32,934 nt of DNA from Clostridia bacterium (GTDB lineage: Bacteria > Bacillota > Clostridia > Christensenellales > CAG-1252). Shown here in pieces: positions 16,780-25,460 of the stretch; position 1 is the first letter of the stretch; each line of letters opens with the position of its first letter. The position numbers and the translations under genes were made by a program. The stretch spans positions 1-32,934 of the forward strand of contig JAFTBD010000002.1 of assembly GCA_017455385.1 (NCBI GenBank), written 5' to 3'. The notes under the pieces were generated by a model. That model did no database searches, was not told the origin of the DNA, and saw nothing but the letters and a program-made list of their open reading frames with translations.

Positions 16780-17628
16780 ATGAGCGAGGATAAAAAGCCT
16801 GTGGAAATGGACGTCACCGATTACACCGATCCGCAATGCCCGTTCTGCGTGGATCAGTACAAGTCGGACAACGTGCGCCCCATCGATCTCGGGCGCGTCA
16901 TCACGAAACTGGACGAGTACCTCTCGCATAACGACTATGCGGGCGCCGAGCGCCACCTGCTCTATTGGCTGGAAGAGGCGAAGCAGGGGAACGATCTCCG
17001 CGGTGAATTCAGCCTGCGCGAAGAGTGTATGGGACTGTATCGGAAGCTCGGCAAGGGAGAAGAAGCCCTTGCCGCCGCCGCGCGCACCCTCCGTCTCATC
17101 GACCTTTTGGAACTACGCGGGACGGTCAGCGCCGCCACCGCGCTCCTCAATGTCGCCACGGTGTATAAAGCTTTCGGCAAAGCGGCGGATGCCGTGCCTC
17201 TTTTCGAGGAAGCGCGCGGGATCTACGAGGAGAAACTCCCCTCGGACGACAGCCGCGTCGCGGGACTTTATAATAATTTCGCTCTCGCCCTCGTCGACCT
17301 CAAACGGTATGAGGAAGCGCGGGAATTGTATCTGAAAGCGCTTGCGGTGCTCGCAAATGTCGAGGGCAGCGAACCGGAGCGCGCCATCACCGAGCTGAAT
17401 CTCGCCACCCTCGCGGAGGCGCAGTACGGGCTCGAAGAAGGGGAGTCAGAGATCGAAGCGCGCCTCGCGAACGCCGAGAAACTCCTCCTCGGGAGCGACC
17501 TGCCGCAGGACGGCAATTACGCCTTCGTCGCGGAGAAATGCGCGTCGGTATTCGGCTATTACGGGTGGTTCGCCGTCGAAGCGGAGCTGAAAGATAGGTC
17601 GAAGCGCATCTACGGAGGGAAGGTATGA
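16780..17628 (+). CDS. Tetratricopeptide-repeat (TPR) protein
   Basis: Repeated 34-aa-like helical pairs (LLNVATVYKAFGKAADAVPLFEEARGIYEE; LYNNFALALVDLKRYEEARELYLKALAVL). GGAAAGGAG SD. The start lies 1 nt after the upstream stop. Confidence 0.6.
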   Translation: MSEDKKPVEMDVTDYTDPQCPFCVDQYKSDNVRPIDLGRVITKLDEYLSHNDYAGAERHLLYWLEEAKQGNDLRGEFSLREECMGLYRKLGKGEEALAAAARTLRLIDLLELRGTVSAATALLNVATVYKAFGKAADAVPLFEEARGIYEEKLPSDDSRVAGLYNNFALALVDLKRYEEARELYLKALAVLANVEGSEPERAITELNLATLAEAQYGLEEGESEIEARLANAEKLLLGSDLPQDGNYAFVAEKCASVFGYYGWFAVEAELKDRSKRIYGGKV

Positions 17629-18569
17629 AAGGACTGGAGATAGCGGAGAAATATTACGAAACATTCGGCGCGGAGATGATGCGCACGGAGTTCCCCGAGC
17701 TCGAGGAGATCGTCGCCGTGGGGCTGATGGGCAGCGGCTCGGAATGCTACGGTTATGATGACGACACCTCGCGGGATCACGACTTCGAGCCGGGATTCAT
17801 ACTCTTTCTCCCGCCCGAAGAGGTGGTGGACAGGCGGACGGCTTTCCGCTTGGAGCGCGCCTATGGGAAGCTCCCCGACGAATTCATGGGACTCAAACGG
17901 AATAAGGACGTTTCCTACGACACGGGGCGTCACGGCGTCATCCGTACGGCGGACTTTTTCCGCTCCAAAGTAGGGGATCCCGAAGGGACATTGTCCCTTG
18001 AAGCGTGGATGAAGATCCCCGAGAATTACCTCTTGGAAGCCACGAACGGCAAGCTCTTTCGCGACGACGTCGGCACGGTGCGGGATATCCGCGCGCGGCT
18101 TGCGTATTTCCCCGAGGACGTCCGTTTGAAGAAGCTCGCAGGCGCCTTGATGCTCGCCGAGCAAGCGTCGAATTACAATTACGAGCGGCAGCTCTCCCGC
18201 GGCGACACGGCGGCGGCACAGCTCGCGATCTATGAGTACGTCAAGAACGTTATTTCGGTTTGTTTCCTCTTGGAGAAGCGCTACAAGCCCTATTATAAAT
18301 GGGTCTTCCGCGCCCTCAACGACTTGCCGCATTTCGCCGTCCTTCGCGAGGACCTCGAGTACCTCATCAGCAACGGCAACGGCATCGCGGAAACGGTGGA
18401 GAAGCGGAGCAAGATCCGTTCGATCAATGCCCGCCTCGGCGATGAGATCCGCCGTCAGGCGCTCTCGGATTACGACGGCTTGCACCTCGACTCTTTCGCC
18501 TACTGCGTGAACGGCAAGATCAAAGACCCCTCCGTCCGCAACCTCCACATGATGGCGGCAGGGGAATGA
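17625..18569 (+). CDS. Pol-beta-fold nucleotidyltransferase-like protein with a DUF4037-type C-terminal region
   Basis: GLMGSGSECYGYDDDTSRDHDFEPGF fits the G[GS]-x(9-13)-D-x-D nucleotidyltransferase signature and my recollection of DUF4037 proteins. ATGA start/stop overlap with the TPR gene, and a GGAGGGAAGG SD. Confidence 0.5.
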   Translation: MKGLEIAEKYYETFGAEMMRTEFPELEEIVAVGLMGSGSECYGYDDDTSRDHDFEPGFILFLPPEEVVDRRTAFRLERAYGKLPDEFMGLKRNKDVSYDTGRHGVIRTADFFRSKVGDPEGTLSLEAWMKIPENYLLEATNGKLFRDDVGTVRDIRARLAYFPEDVRLKKLAGALMLAEQASNYNYERQLSRGDTAAAQLAIYEYVKNVISVCFLLEKRYKPYYKWVFRALNDLPHFAVLREDLEYLISNGNGIAETVEKRSKIRSINARLGDEIRRQALSDYDGLHLDSFAYCVNGKIKDPSVRNLHMMAAGE

Positions 18570-18593
18570 TACGACACGGCTTATAAGGGAATA

Positions 18594-18632
18594 AAGCAAA
18601 AAAAAGATGGCGAAACGGATCGCCATCTTTTT
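18594..18632. terminator. Bidirectional rho-independent terminator between convergent genes
   Basis: An A-run (18594-18605) merges into the 9-bp stem agatggcga (18605-18613) / tcgccatct (18620-18628), loop aacgga, followed by a T-run (18628-18632). Confidence 0.8.
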
Positions 18633-18687
18633 GTATAAGAAGAGTTATGTCGTAGCGGCGTTATTTATAACGCGCGACGAGACCTTG

Positions 18688-18981
18688 TTATTTTTTCTCT
18701 ATTTTGAAGCCGAGCTTGGTGATGAGTTTCAGCGTCTCAAAGGCGGTGTTTCGGTCGAAAGACTTCTCGGATTCGGGGAGATCGGAGTAGGCGACGAGCT
18801 GAGGCGTCTCTTTCTTTTCGAGGTCTTTGACGGGGCCGTATTTCCAGCCTTCTTTCATCCTGCCAACAGACCACACTTCGTGGACGTTCTCGGCGATCTT
18901 CTCCGAGAGGGCGATGAGCTCCTCGGGGAGCACGACGTCCGACGTGTCTATGGGATGGGGTACGTATGTATGCATATTCAT
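18688..18981 (-). CDS. Stand-alone RyR (ryanodine-receptor repeat) domain protein, ~96 aa
   Basis: YVPHPIDTSDVVLPEELIALSEKIAENVHEVWSVGRMKEGWKYGPVKDLEKKETPQLVAYSDLPESEKSFDRNTAFETLKLITKLGF follows the RyR-domain (PF02026) consensus along its whole length. A GAGGAGA SD immediately precedes ATG 18981; the ATG at 18975 is an equally plausible start. The track's start at 19197 is an unsupported N-terminal extension. Confidence 0.85.
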   Translation of the reverse strand: MNMHTYVPHPIDTSDVVLPEELIALSEKIAENVHEVWSVGRMKEGWKYGPVKDLEKKETPQLVAYSDLPESEKSFDRNTAFETLKLITKLGFKIEKK

Positions 18982-19060
18982 TCTCCTCGTTCCGCGCTCC
19001 GCGCGGTCTGTTTTCTCGTCCGATCGGGTGGTGTGATAGACCCTTTTGCGTTCGCTCTTA

Positions 19061-19750
19061 CTATCGGACCGCCAGATCCAATACCTCATCGACGTTCGCC
19101 CAGTCCTTTGGGCTCTTGATGGGAACGTAGACGCAATTGTGACAGTTCTGCGGGAAATCTTCCCACGTGGGAAAGCGGGAATGCGACTGATCCGCATCGT
19201 TCATTGCGATGATGAGTCGAGCCTTGCGGGGATCGAATGAGCTTCCCGCTTCGGGGAGCCCCGTATTCCACCACCGATACAGTTCCTCTACGCTCCGATG
19301 CATGCCTTCGGGGCGAACGCCGCATTCTTCGGGCAGGAGCGGATCTGCGTCCGCGAATAAGAGAATGACCTGGCGGGAGAGGCTTTCATTCGTCCAGTCC
19401 GAACGCATCGCGAGGACGAGCGCCTCGAGCGCACTCTCTTGCGGGGTCTCTCCGCCGCCTTTCGCCTCGATCGTATCGAGGTAATCGAAAAGAGCGGGGG
19501 TCTCATCGGGGATGCGGAAAAAAGGGGAGATGAGCATCGGCTCCGGATCGGCGAGGTAATCTCGATACCCGATGACCTTGACGCGCAAGCTCGTGATCCG
19601 AGCGTAGAATTGCGGTAGCCCCGGCTCGAGTATGCGCAGCGCATCTTTGATCTTCTGTTTGTAGGAGTCGAGCGCGAGCCACGAGCTGCTTGTCGCATCC
19701 ACCGGTACCACGAGGTCTACGGAACGTCCCGAGCTTTCTCCGATCAGCAT
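19061..19750 (-). CDS. Cytoplasmic von Willebrand factor type A (vWA)-like domain protein
   Basis: MIDAS-like elements VDLVVPVDATSSS (D-x-T-x-S), GGGETPQESALEALVLA (Thr) and VILLFADADP (Asp). No signal peptide. An AAGGAG SD lies upstream of ATG 19750. The track's start at 19852 is an unsupported extension. Confidence 0.55.
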   Translation of the reverse strand: MLIGESSGRSVDLVVPVDATSSSWLALDSYKQKIKDALRILEPGLPQFYARITSLRVKVIGYRDYLADPEPMLISPFFRIPDETPALFDYLDTIEAKGGGETPQESALEALVLAMRSDWTNESLSRQVILLFADADPLLPEECGVRPEGMHRSVEELYRWWNTGLPEAGSSFDPRKARLIIAMNDADQSHSRFPTWEDFPQNCHNCVYVPIKSPKDWANVDEVLDLAVR

Positions 19751-20021
19751 ATCTTTTCTCCTTTTCGTGTGACGTTGATCGTCCGAACCGACCGCATCTG
19801 CTTTCCTTTTCGCGCCGCGGAAACGAGACGGTTCCGAATGAAAGTATATCAAAAAACCTCTCTTTTGTAAATCCCCGAACGGCGTTTCGGTCGGCGTTGA
19901 CCGTGACGGGCGTCTCGTCTTCTCTCGCTCGGCGTCTCTCGGAGATAGCCTTTTCCTGCCGTTCGGGCGGGACGCGCAAACGCGGAAAGGATGAAAAGCG
20001 ATTAAAATATGAATAAAACAT

Positions 20022-20120
20022 TAAAAATATGCAAAAAATAATGCATAAAAACTAAATATATAGATTATTTTGAAAAATATGCAAAAAATATTTGACCGAA
20101 TTGCGCGCGCGATATATAAT
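20022..20120 (+). promoter_or_regulatory. arg operon control region: two ARG-box-like AT-rich repeats plus a near-consensus sigmaA promoter
   Basis: Direct repeat (T/G)AAAAATATGCAAAAAATA at 20022-20040 and 20072-20090 (18/19 identical, 50 nt apart). The first copy is part of the palindrome TATGCA-N8-TGCATA (20028-20047). TTGACC (20092-20097), 17-nt spacer, TATAAT (20115-20120). The second repeat abuts the -35 box. Confidence 0.55.
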
Positions 20121-20156
20121 GAGAGCAAGGTGCACGCACCCGCGAGGAGCGAAAGA

Positions 20157-21065
20157 ATGAAAGTATTTGTGGACGGAAGCGCAGGCACGACGGGACTCGA
20201 GATCGTGAGCAGGCTCAGAGAGAGGGCGGATATCACCCTCGTTCTTCTCGGCGACGACCTTCGCAAAGACCCCTCTGCCCGTAAGGAAGCCATCCTCTCG
20301 TCCGATCTGACCGTGCTCTGTCTGCCCGATCAGGCGGCGGTGGAGGCGGTGGCATTCGCGGAAGAGGGAACGGGTAAGCTCATCGACGCCTCCACGGCGC
20401 ACCGCACCGATCCCCGCTTCGTGTATGGTTTTCCTGAGCTGAAAGGACAGCGAGAGAAGGTCCGCGCGGCGAAGTACGTGGCGAATCCCGGCTGTCACGC
20501 CAGTGGGTTCATCGCCCTCGTGGCGCCTCTCGTCGAGGCGGGTGTACTGGATAAGGCGGCGCCCCTCTCCGCGTTCTCCCTGACGGGCTATACCGGCGGC
20601 GGCAAGAAGATGATCGCGGATTACGAGGCGGCGCAAGGCGCTTTGGACGCGCCGCGGCAGTACGCGCTCACCCAGCAGCACAAGCATCTCAAAGAGATGG
20701 TCGCCGTGACGGGCATCGAGCGCGCCCCCGCGTTCCTTCCCGTAGTAGGCGCTTTCCCCCGCGGGATGCAGGTCTCCGTTCCGCTCTCGCCCGATTGGCT
20801 CTCTTGCGGCGCGGAAGGGCTGAAAGAAGTCTATCGCGACCTTTTTAGGGGCGGCGTTGTGCGTTATCAAGACGTCGACACCCCGATGCTCGCCGCCGAT
20901 ATGATGGCGGGCAGGGACGGAATGATCGTCTCCGTGATTGGGAATGAGGATCGCATCGTGGCGGTCGCCTCCTTCGATAACCTCGGCAAAGGGGCGAGCG
21001 GTGCGGCGATACAGAACCTGAATCTTATGCTCGGTGCGGACGAATGCACCGGTTTGAAATTATAA
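20157..21065 (+). CDS. argC: N-acetyl-gamma-glutamyl-phosphate reductase (short, ~300-aa form)
   Basis: MKVFVDGSAGTTGLEIVSRL, with the active-site Cys in ANPGCHASGF. GAGGAG lies 7 nt upstream of ATG 20157. The track start at 20070 lies inside the promoter/operator. Confidence 0.85.
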   Translation: MKVFVDGSAGTTGLEIVSRLRERADITLVLLGDDLRKDPSARKEAILSSDLTVLCLPDQAAVEAVAFAEEGTGKLIDASTAHRTDPRFVYGFPELKGQREKVRAAKYVANPGCHASGFIALVAPLVEAGVLDKAAPLSAFSLTGYTGGGKKMIADYEAAQGALDAPRQYALTQQHKHLKEMVAVTGIERAPAFLPVVGAFPRGMQVSVPLSPDWLSCGAEGLKEVYRDLFRGGVVRYQDVDTPMLAADMMAGRDGMIVSVIGNEDRIVAVASFDNLGKGASGAAIQNLNLMLGADECTGLKL

Positions 21066-21102
21066 TACTCTTTCGCCCTATGGGCGAATGACAGGAGGAA
21101 GT

Positions 21103-22317
21103 ATGATAGTAGTTACGGGCGGCGTCACAGCCGCGAAAGGATTTACGGCGGGCGGCGTGCATTGCGGCATCCGCAAGAGCAGGAGCAAGCGCGACCTCGG
21201 GCTCATTTGGTCGGAGGTGCAGGCGCAGGCGGCGGCGGTCTATACGACGAACCTCGTGAAAGGCGCCCCTCTCCTCGTCACCAAAGCGCATTTGGCAAAC
21301 GGCACGGCGCAGGCTTGTATCATCAATAGCGGCAACGCGAATACCTGCAATGCGAACGGCGTGGAGATCGCGGAAGAGACCGCGGCGCTTCTCGCTGCCG
21401 AGCTCGGCATCCCCGCGGACGACGTCGTCGTGGCGTCCACCGGAGTCATCGGTCAGCCCATGTCGATAGAACCCTTTGCGGAGGGCATCCCCGCCTTGGT
21501 GAAGGATCTCTCCAAGGACGGCTCCCCCCGTGCGGCGGAGGCGATCATGACCACCGACACCGTGAAGAAGGAGATCGCCATCACCGTCGAGATCGGCGGC
21601 AAAGAGGTCACCCTCGGCGGCATCGCGAAAGGGAGCGGCATGATCCATCCCAATATGGCGACGATGCTCGTTTTCCTGACCACCGACTGCGCCATCTCCT
21701 CGGCGATGCTCCAAAAGGCGCTCTCCACCGACGTGCAGAGCAGTTTCAATATGGTCAGCGTGGACGGCGACACATCCACCAACGATATGGTGACCATTCT
21801 CGCGAACGGTCTCGCGGGCAATCCGATGATCGACAGCGAGAATGAGGACTTCGCTCTCTTTATGAAGGCGCTCAATACCGTTACCGTTTCCCTTTGCAAA
21901 GCGCTCGCGGCGGACGGCGAAGGCGCCACGAAGTTCCTCGAGTGTTCCGTCTGCGGCGCGAAGACCCTCGCGGATGCGAAGAAAGCGGCGAAAGCGGTCA
22001 TCTGTTCCAGCCTCGTCAAAGCGGCGATGTTCGGCTCGGACGCGAACTGGGGCAGGGTGCTCTGCGCCATCGGTTATTCCGGCGCGGACGTGGACGTCAA
22101 TCAAGTGGACGTTTCTTTCGTCTCCCGGAAAGGCGAGATCCTCGTCTGTAAAGACGGCGCCTCGGTGGACTTCTCGGAGGACGTGGCGAAAGAGATCTTG
22201 TCCGAGAAAGAGATCACGATCGCGGTCACCTTGCATGACGGCTCCTTCGGGGCGGTCGCTTGGGGCTCCGATCTCACCTATGATTACGTGCGTATCAACG
22301 GCGATTATCGCACCTGA
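21103..22317 (+). CDS. argJ: Bifunctional glutamate N-acetyltransferase / amino-acid acetyltransferase
   Basis: GGVTAAKGFTAGGVHCGIRK, with the autoprocessing site in HPNMATMLVFLTTD. AGGAGG precedes ATG 21103. Confidence 0.9.
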   Translation: MIVVTGGVTAAKGFTAGGVHCGIRKSRSKRDLGLIWSEVQAQAAAVYTTNLVKGAPLLVTKAHLANGTAQACIINSGNANTCNANGVEIAEETAALLAAELGIPADDVVVASTGVIGQPMSIEPFAEGIPALVKDLSKDGSPRAAEAIMTTDTVKKEIAITVEIGGKEVTLGGIAKGSGMIHPNMATMLVFLTTDCAISSAMLQKALSTDVQSSFNMVSVDGDTSTNDMVTILANGLAGNPMIDSENEDFALFMKALNTVTVSLCKALAADGEGATKFLECSVCGAKTLADAKKAAKAVICSSLVKAAMFGSDANWGRVLCAIGYSGADVDVNQVDVSFVSRKGEILVCKDGASVDFSEDVAKEILSEKEITIAVTLHDGSFGAVAWGSDLTYDYVRINGDYRT

Positions 22318-22329
22318 TAAGGAGGCAGT

Positions 22330-23184
22330 ATGGATCTTTCCAATAAAGAAAGGGCGGAAGTGCTGACAGAGGCGCTTCCCTATATCAAGAGGTACGTCGG
22401 CAAGATCGTCGTGGTGAAATACGGCGGCAATGCGATGATAAACGAAGCCTTGAAAGAGCAGGTCATGGAGGACGTGACCCTTCTCTCCCTCATCGGGGTG
22501 AAGGTCGTGCTCGTGCATGGCGGCGGTCCCGAGATCTCCGCGGTGATGAATAAGCTCGGGCTGTCTCCCACCTTCGTGGACGGTCTCCGCGTGACGGATA
22601 AAGACACGGTGGACGTGGTGCAGATGGTGCTCGCGGGCAAGATCAATAAGTCGCTCGTGCGTTTCTTGGAGTCCAAGGGCGGCAAGGCGATGGGCATCTC
22701 GGGCATCGACGGCAAGCTCATCGTCGCGAAGCAGAAAGACGAGAAGCTCGGCTACGTGGGCGAGATCGAGAAGATCAATATCAAGCCTGTTTTCGACTTG
22801 CTCGAAAAAGGGTATATCCCCGTCGTGTCCACCATCGCCACGGGCGAAGACGGACAGACCTATAATATCAACGGCGACACCGCGGCGGCGTATCTTGCGG
22901 GCGCACTCTCCGCGAAGAGGCTCATTATGATGACCGATATCAGCGGCGTGCTCCGCGACAAGGACGATCCCTCCTCGCTGATCCCCGAGATCCATATCTC
23001 CGATGCGGAGAGGCTATATCAAGAAGGCATCATTTCGGGCGGCATGATCCCGAAAGTGGAGTGCTGTATCACCGCCATCAAGCAGGGCGTCAAGAGGGCG
23101 ATCATTATGGACGGCAGGGTGCCGCATTCCATCTTGATGGAGCTCCTGACCGACGAAGGTAGCGGCACGATGTTTGTGGAGTAA
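22330..23184 (+). CDS. argB: Acetylglutamate kinase
   Basis: YIKRYVGKIVVVKYGGNAM, VLVHGGGPEI and YNINGDTAAAYLAGAL. GGAGG SD. Confidence 0.9.
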   Translation: MDLSNKERAEVLTEALPYIKRYVGKIVVVKYGGNAMINEALKEQVMEDVTLLSLIGVKVVLVHGGGPEISAVMNKLGLSPTFVDGLRVTDKDTVDVVQMVLAGKINKSLVRFLESKGGKAMGISGIDGKLIVAKQKDEKLGYVGEIEKINIKPVFDLLEKGYIPVVSTIATGEDGQTYNINGDTAAAYLAGALSAKRLIMMTDISGVLRDKDDPSSLIPEIHISDAERLYQEGIISGGMIPKVECCITAIKQGVKRAIIMDGRVPHSILMELLTDEGSGTMFVE

Positions 23185-23186
23185 TA

Positions 23187-24353
23187 ATGAATACCGTAGA
23201 GAAAGATCAAGCCTACATAGCGAATACCTACGCCCGTTTCCCCGTGGAGATCGTGCATGGCGCGGGCTCCGTCGCGTACGGCGCGGACGGCAAAGAATAT
23301 ATCGACATGGGCGCGGGCATCGCGGTCAATACCTTCGGCTATGCGGACGAAGCATACAATGCGGCGGTCAAGGCGCAACTGGACGCTTTTCAGCATACGT
23401 CCAACCTCTATTACAGCGCTCCGGCGGCGGATCTCGCCGAAGCCTTGGCGAAAAAATCCGGATTGAAGAAAGTCTTTTTCGGCAATAGCGGCGCGGAAGC
23501 CAACGAGTGCGCCATCAAGACGGCTCGCAAGTGGGGCGTGGAGCATAAAGGCGAGGGCGCTTTTAACATCGTCACCCTCCAAGGCTCTTTCCACGGCCGC
23601 ACAGTCACCACTCTCTCCGCCACGGGACAGGACGTATTCCATAAACATTTCGATCCTTTTACCGGAGGATTCTCCTATGCGCCCATCAACGACGCGGCGG
23701 CGCTCGAAGCGCTCGTAAATGAGAAGACCTGCGCCGTGATGGTGGAGTTCGTGCAGGGTGAAGGGGGCGTGAACCCCTTGGACGCCGCTTTCGTGCGGAA
23801 GATCTTCGAGCTCAAAGAGAAGTACGACTTCCTCGTCATCGCGGACGAAGTGCAGACGGGGAACGGTCGGACGGGGCATTATTTCGCCTATCAGGCATTC
23901 GGCGTTCTCCCCGACATCGTCACCACGGCGAAAGGCTTGGGCGGCGGTCTGCCCATCGGCGCTTGCCTCTTCGGAGAGAAGACGGCGGACGTCCTCGGCA
24001 GAGGCGACCACGGCTCCACCTTCGGCGGTAATCCCGTCGTGGCGGCGGGCGCGCTCTCCATTGTGAAGCGTATAGACGACGCTCTCCTCGCGGAAGTCGC
24101 GAAGAAGGGCGAATATATCAAAAGCAAACTCGCGGGAGCCACGGGCATCCTCGGGGTGACGGGGATGGGCTTGATGCTCGGCGTCAAGACGCTCGCGGAC
24201 GCGAAGAAGGTCGTGATGAGCTGTCTCGAGAAGGGCGTCCTCTTCCTGACCGCGAAAGACAAGATCCGCCTGCTCCCCGCGCTGAATATCCCCTACGCCT
24301 TGATCGATAAGGCGATCGACGTGCTTTTAGAGTCCGTCAAGGAGGCGTTATGA
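23187..24353 (+). CDS. argD: Acetylornithine aminotransferase (class III PLP aminotransferase)
   Basis: FFGNSGAEANECAIKTARKW, LVIADEVQTGNGRTG, DIVTTAKGLGGGLPIGA and HGSTFGGNP. Confidence 0.88.
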   Translation: MNTVEKDQAYIANTYARFPVEIVHGAGSVAYGADGKEYIDMGAGIAVNTFGYADEAYNAAVKAQLDAFQHTSNLYYSAPAADLAEALAKKSGLKKVFFGNSGAEANECAIKTARKWGVEHKGEGAFNIVTLQGSFHGRTVTTLSATGQDVFHKHFDPFTGGFSYAPINDAAALEALVNEKTCAVMVEFVQGEGGVNPLDAAFVRKIFELKEKYDFLVIADEVQTGNGRTGHYFAYQAFGVLPDIVTTAKGLGGGLPIGACLFGEKTADVLGRGDHGSTFGGNPVVAAGALSIVKRIDDALLAEVAKKGEYIKSKLAGATGILGVTGMGLMLGVKTLADAKKVVMSCLEKGVLFLTAKDKIRLLPALNIPYALIDKAIDVLLESVKEAL

Positions 24354-25348
24354 CCCTTTACAAGAAGAACTTTTTGAAAATGTTGGATCTCTCCAAAGAG
24401 GAGGTCGAGGAATATCTGCGCGTCGCCGCCCTGCTCAAAGATAAGAAGAGGAAGGGCGAGGTGCATGACTTCCTGCGTGGGAAGAATATCGCGTTGATCT
24501 TCGAGAAGACCTCCACTCGTACCCGTTGCGCCTTCGAAGTGGCGGCGGCGGACCTCGGAATGCACGCGGTATATCTCGACCCCAAAAGCTCGCAGATCGG
24601 CAAGAAGGAGAGCATCGAGGACACCGCGAAGGTGCTCGGCAGGATGTTCGACGCCATCGAGTACCGCGGCTACGGGCAGGAGATCGTGGAGGCGCTCGCG
24701 AAGTATTCCGGCGTGCCCACCTTCAACGGACTCACGAATGAGTCTCACCCCACCCAGATCCTCGCGGACCTCTTGACCGTGCGGGAGCATTTCGGCAAGG
24801 TGGAAGGGCTCACCCTCGCCTATTACGGGGACGCCCGCTACAATATGGGCAACTCCCTGATGGTCGGCGCGGCGAAAATGGGCATGAACTTTACGGCGTG
24901 CTGTCCCGCGAAGTATTTCCCCGACGCAGCCCTCATCGAGAAATGCCGAGAGATCGCGAAGGAGACGGGTTCTGTTCTCCGTTTCGAGGAAGACCCCGCC
25001 AAAGGCAGCGTGGGCGCGGACGTTATCTACACCGACGTGTGGGTCAGCATGGGCGAACCTCCCGAGGTGTGGGAGAAGCGTATCGCGGATCTCTCCCCGT
25101 ATAAGGTAACGGGCGCCGTGATGGCGCGCGCGAATAAGGGCGCGATCTTTATGCATTGTCTGCCCGCGTTTCACGACCTCGGCACCGAGATCGGTCGGGA
25201 GATGAAAGAGCGTTTCGGGCTGGAGGATATGGAAGTCACGGACGAGGTGTTCCTCGGGGAGCAGTCGGTGGTGTTTGACGAGGCGGAGAACCGCCTGCAT
25301 ACTATAAAAGCCGTCATCGCCTGTTCTCTTGTCAAGGACGGCGTATAG
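24350..25348 (+). CDS. argF: Ornithine carbamoyltransferase
   Basis: FEKTSTRTRCAFEVAA, SHPTQILADL, DVWVSMG and FMHCLPAFH. ATGA overlap with argD and an AAGGAGG SD. The anabolic role is inferred from operon context. Confidence 0.88.
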   Translation: MTLYKKNFLKMLDLSKEEVEEYLRVAALLKDKKRKGEVHDFLRGKNIALIFEKTSTRTRCAFEVAAADLGMHAVYLDPKSSQIGKKESIEDTAKVLGRMFDAIEYRGYGQEIVEALAKYSGVPTFNGLTNESHPTQILADLLTVREHFGKVEGLTLAYYGDARYNMGNSLMVGAAKMGMNFTACCPAKYFPDAALIEKCREIAKETGSVLRFEEDPAKGSVGADVIYTDVWVSMGEPPEVWEKRIADLSPYKVTGAVMARANKGAIFMHCLPAFHDLGTEIGREMKERFGLEDMEVTDEVFLGEQSVVFDEAENRLHTIKAVIACSLVKDGV

Positions 25349-25460
25349 CGGCGCATATGCTTCGCTAACTACCTCGCCGCCAAGCAGTCACGTACAGGAA
25401 GTACGCTCCTACTCGGCGGCTCGGAGAGCGCTTGCCTCTGCACCACTCTCCGCCGTCCTT

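Noticed and set aside
17610-18626. 338-aa minus-strand ORF
   Set aside because: It lies antisense to the DUF4037-type gene and runs through the bidirectional terminator at 18605-18628.
18982-19197. N-terminal extensions of the RyR ORF (to 19197) and the vWA ORF (19751-19852) given in the track
   Set aside because: The extensions are Arg/Ser-rich, lack SDs and precede internal ATGs with strong SDs (GAGGAGA, AAGGAG). The recognisable domains begin just after those internal ATGs.
21025-22995. 656-aa minus-strand ORF, and similar ones at 20052-20870, 23019-24011 and 24293-25300
   Set aside because: They lie antisense to argC, argJ, argB, argD and argF, all of which show canonical family motifs.
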